From: Nitrososphaeraceae archaeon
GTDB taxonomy: Archaea > Thermoproteota > Nitrososphaeria > Nitrososphaerales > Nitrososphaeraceae
Assembly (NCBI GenBank): GCA_044870765.1
Contig: JBIOZG010000002.1
Span: 1-64,000 of the forward strand
Reading direction: 5' to 3'
Length of the DNA: 64,000 nt
This document shows positions 60,714 to 64,000 of the stretch, one piece after another; within the stretch, counting starts at the first letter, position 1; each line of letters starts with the position of its first letter. The notes beneath the pieces are model-generated. The model made no database searches. It saw only the letters and a program-made list of their open reading frames with translations, and was not told the origin of the DNA. The position numbers and the translations under genes are program-made.

Positions 60714-62354
60714 ATGTCAGTTCAACAAGGTTCAGCAGGCGGTATGCCTGTTTTAATATTGAAAGAAGGCGCAAGTCAAACAAAAGGACGCGATGCACAA
60801 AAAAATAACATTGCCGCTGCAAAATTGATTTCTGAAGTAGTAAAGAGCTCTTTGGGTCCAAGAGGCATGGACAAGATGTTAGTAGATGGATTAGGGGATG
60901 TAACAATTACAAATGATGGTGCAACAATACTAAAGGAAATTGATGTTCAGCATCCAGCAGCGAAAATGATGGTAGAAATAAGTAAAGCCACCGATAATGA
61001 AGTAGGTGATGGAACTTCATCAGTAGTAGTTTTAGCTGGTGCATTGATTGAAAAGGCCGAAGAATTAATCACAAAGGATGTTCATCCAACTATTATAGTC
61101 GATGGATATAGAAAGAGTGCAATAAAGAGCATTGAGATATTTAATCAAATTGCCCAAAAAATTGATGCAGGCAACAAGTCCGAGCTAATCAAAGTAGCAA
61201 AAACATCTATGCAAACTAAACTGGTTTCCAAGGAATCTAATGAACTATCCGAAATCGTTGTTAATGCTGCATTACAGGTTTCTGAATCGAACGATTCTGG
61301 ATACCTTGTAGATATTGATGATGTCAAAGTAGAAAAGAAAGCAGGCGGATCTTTACGAGATACAAAACTGATTAAAGGAATCGTGCTTGATAAGGAGGTT
61401 GTTCATGGAGGAATGCCAAAGAGAATTGAAAAGGCTAAAATTGCACTTGTCAATTCAGCCTTAGAAATCGAGAAAACTGAATTTGATGCCAAGATTAACA
61501 TTAGTTCACCAGATCAGATGAAGATGTTTCTTGAAGAAGAAAATAAGATGCTAAAGAGTATGGTAGAAAAGATAATTTCGTCCGGTGCAAATGTAACTAT
61601 CTGCCAAAAAGGCATTGATGATGTCGCTCAACACTATCTGGCAAAATCCAATATTTTGGCTGTTCGCAGAGTTAAGGAAAGTGACATGACTAAATTGGCC
61701 AGAGCTACAGGTGCACGAATTGTTAATAACCTTGAAGACTTGAGTTCCAAGGATCTTGGTTCTGCAGATCTCGTAGAGGAAAGAAAGGTTGAAACTGATA
61801 AATGGGTTTTCATTGAAGGTTGTAAACACCCAAAAGCAGTTACCATTCTCATCAGAGGAGGTTCACAGAGGGTCGTTGATGAAGCAGATCGCTCAATTCA
61901 TGACGCCCTTATGGTTACCAAAGATGTTATGGAAAAACCATTCATAGTCGCAGGTGGTGGATCCCCCGAATCTTTTGTTGCAGGAAAATTAAGGGACTGG
62001 TCCTCGACATTATCTGGAAGGGAACAATTAGCAGCAGATAAATTTGCAGAATCGCTCGAGGTTATTCCACTCGCTTTAGCAGAGAATGCTGGTATGGATC
62101 CAATAGATACACTAACGGAATTACGTTCTAAACAAGCTAAGGGATCGAAGTGGAGTGGAATTGATGCAAGAAGTGGAAAGATTGTAGATATGTCAAAACT
62201 AGATATTGTAGAACCACTCAGTGTCAAGGAACAGATTATCAAATCAGCAACAGAAGTCGCATCCATGATTCTTAGAATAGATGACGTAATAGCTTCAAGT
62301 AAGTCTGGAGCTGGCGGTCCTCCTGGTATGCCTCCAGGAATGGGAGAAATGTAG
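60714..62354 (+). CDS. ths: Thermosome (group II chaperonin) subunit
   Basis: [33 protein letters not shown] tail. Confidence 0.97.
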   Translation: MSVQQGSAGGMPVLILKEGASQTKGRDAQKNNIAAAKLISEVVKSSLGPRGMDKMLVDGLGDVTITNDGATILKEIDVQHPAAKMMVEISKATDNEVGDGTSSVVVLAGALIEKAEELITKDVHPTIIVDGYRKSAIKSIEIFNQIAQKIDAGNKSELIKVAKTSMQTKLVSKESNELSEIVVNAALQVSESNDSGYLVDIDDVKVEKKAGGSLRDTKLIKGIVLDKEVVHGGMPKRIEKAKIALVNSALEIEKTEFDAKINISSPDQMKMFLEEENKMLKSMVEKIISSGANVTICQKGIDDVAQHYLAKSNILAVRRVKESDMTKLARATGARIVNNLEDLSSKDLGSADLVEERKVETDKWVFIEGCKHPKAVTILIRGGSQRVVDEADRSIHDALMVTKDVMEKPFIVAGGGSPESFVAGKLRDWSSTLSGREQLAADKFAESLEVIPLALAENAGMDPIDTLTELRSKQAKGSKWSGIDARSGKIVDMSKLDIVEPLSVKEQIIKSATEVASMILRIDDVIASSKSGAGGPPGMPPGMGEM

Positions 62355-62382
62355 GCAATAAGAGGTATAGAAGATACAACCA

Positions 62383-62625
62383 CTATCTCTTTTTTTGTTC
62401 ATTTTTTATTTCTATTTCAATTACCTGCTTGACCCATTTTCCGGTATAACTTATTTTTTGTAATCTGTTTAGATATTCAATCCAGGAAATTTCACCATAG
62501 GACTTTTTCCAAGCTTCATAATGACCCTGGAGAGACTGTAATGCTTCATAATGATATTCACAATATTGTCGCTCGACTGCCTTCCTCATACATAGTATAC
62601 ACCTCGATTCAAGATTTCTTATCAT
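62383..62625 (-). CDS. Small hypothetical protein with CxxC...CxxH
   Basis: CILC, YCEYH; 4-bp overlap with upstream ORF. Confidence 0.65.
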   Translation of the reverse strand: MIRNLESRCILCMRKAVERQYCEYHYEALQSLQGHYEAWKKSYGEISWIEYLNRLQKISYTGKWVKQVIEIEIKNEQKKR

Positions 62626-63158
62626 TGTACCTTACCTGATATCATCCACTTCATTACAACTGCGTCGAAAGTATATGTTGTAAATTGTCTACTTGTCTCA
62701 AGATTTTTTACTTGTATGTGTATGGAATCTGTCATATGTTCAATTTTTTCAGTGGCATACTCAAACTGTGGACCGATGTCATTGGTTAGCAAAAAAACTA
62801 TCCTTGAATTTATGTCAGCCGATATTCCCGAAAAAGATAGTATTATTTTTAATCCTTTCCTACCTCTTCTGCGTTTCATTTCGTTAAATAAGGCCTTAAA
62901 TTTCTGCCAATTATCAAAACCAAATAGTCTAAAGAATTTATCATCGTAAGGCACCGGGAATTCGATTCTTAGCAGAGTTACATACTTAGATTCCTCTACC
63001 AAAATTTTTTCATCTACGGCGGAAAACTTGGACAAGGTATTATAGATTACTTCTATCTCAAATGGCGATAATCCAAAGTATTCGAATTTAGTCGCATCAT
63101 TCAATTTGATATTGATTGTATTACAACGGATTAATCTTTTGACATGGATGAATTTCAT
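62622..63158 (-). CDS. Hypothetical protein
   Basis: 178 aa ORF; start uncertain. Confidence 0.6.
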   Translation of the reverse strand: MKFIHVKRLIRCNTINIKLNDATKFEYFGLSPFEIEVIYNTLSKFSAVDEKILVEESKYVTLLRIEFPVPYDDKFFRLFGFDNWQKFKALFNEMKRRRGRKGLKIILSFSGISADINSRIVFLLTNDIGPQFEYATEKIEHMTDSIHIQVKNLETSRQFTTYTFDAVVMKWMISGKVQ

Positions 63159-63214
63159 TGTCGCAACTATTTCGGTAGATTTTTAAGTGTACGTTAATAC
63201 AATTTCGTCGACGA

Positions 63215-63865
63215 TTGAACTCAATTAAGATTCTCGAAAAGGATAATAATCATATTGAAATTGAATTTAATGATATTCCAAGACAGTATGTCAATGCATT
63301 AAGAAGATTGTCTATCAGTCAAGTTCCTACTTTTGCAATTGATGATGTAGTGATACTAGAAAACTCATCAGTCATGCATGATGAAGCTATTGCCCATAGA
63401 CTAGGACTGATTCCATTGCGAACAGATCTAGAGAGATTTGTAATGCCACACCTATGTGATTGTAAGAGCTCTCTTGGCTGTTCAAAGTGCAGAGTATTGT
63501 TAGTTCTAGATGCTGAATCTCAAGACAAAACTAAAGTTATTACTTCTGCAGACTTAATATCTGAAGATGATGTGGTGAAACCTGTCAATAATGAAATACC
63601 AATAGTTGCACTGGCACCAGGTCAAAAACTAAAGTTTGAGGCATATGCACGACTGGGAACCGGGAAAAGTCATGCAAAATGGCAGCCAACTTCCGTAGCT
63701 GTGGTGAAAGATAGCAAGAAAGAGGATGATTGCATACTGTTAATAGAAACAAATGGTGCATTAACACCAGAAGAGATTGTAATAGAAGCAGCAAAGATAC
63801 TAGGCTCAAAAATAAAGGAATTTGATAATGTTGTTCAATCTTTATCGGTACCAAAGAATATTTAG
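63215..63865 (+). CDS. rpoD: RNA polymerase subunit D (Rpo3)
   Basis: NALRR...VPTFAID, ENSS...DE.IAHRLGLIPL, Cys cluster, HAKWQP. Confidence 0.96.
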   Translation: MNSIKILEKDNNHIEIEFNDIPRQYVNALRRLSISQVPTFAIDDVVILENSSVMHDEAIAHRLGLIPLRTDLERFVMPHLCDCKSSLGCSKCRVLLVLDAESQDKTKVITSADLISEDDVVKPVNNEIPIVALAPGQKLKFEAYARLGTGKSHAKWQPTSVAVVKDSKKEDDCILLIETNGALTPEEIVIEAAKILGSKIKEFDNVVQSLSVPKNI

Positions 63866-63907
63866 ATATAGATTTATTTGGGGTTTAGAGGATAGCGAGT
63901 ATATTTC

Positions 63908-64000
63908 ATGTTTCCTGATACTTTAAACAATACGATTTGGACCCTGAGGAATGCATCAAAGCAAAATAAAGTGCCGATATGGAAAACTGTAATTAAAGAG
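63908..64000 (+). CDS. rpl18e: 50S ribosomal protein L18e, 3'-truncated by the window edge
   Basis: MFPDTLNNTIWTLRNASKQNKVPIWKTVIKE; usual position after rpoD. Confidence 0.75.
   Translation, partial: MFPDTLNNTIWTLRNASKQNKVPIWKTVIKE

Overview
Low-GC archaeal chromosomal segment, most consistent with a soil ammonia-oxidising archaeon (Nitrososphaeraceae; Ca. Nitrosocosmicus-like by gene content and base composition, an inference). It contains the probable replication origin (ORB boxes upstream of orc1/cdc6) inside a replication cluster (PolD DP2 and DP1, FEN1, ThyX, CdvA, both GINS subunits, RFC-S, MCM, Hel308). It also holds housekeeping genes (prs, rnz, acs, glnA, queC-queE-folE, spt5, rpl11, thermosome, rpoD, start of rpl18e), tRNA-Ser(CGA) with two introns and tRNA-Val(TAC). 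Accessory-looking DNA lies at about 28.8-35.2 kb, 39.2-41.4 kb and 43.1-46.0 kb. Most notable: (1) a three-gene DNA-binding module beside oriC, including a membrane-anchored winged-helix protein, whose DNA is strongly enriched in an ATGTGAT/ATCACAT motif (candidate origin-tethering or segregation system); (2) a tandem array of small gene cassettes downstream of tRNA-Ser delimited by repeated tRNA-3'-end att-like sites that share a non-tRNA arm; (3) a eukaryote-type peptide:N-glycanase homologue in one of these cassettes; (4) several zinc-finger microproteins absent from the ORF track and a candidate structured ncRNA. All functional calls are from recognising motifs by eye; no database search was run.
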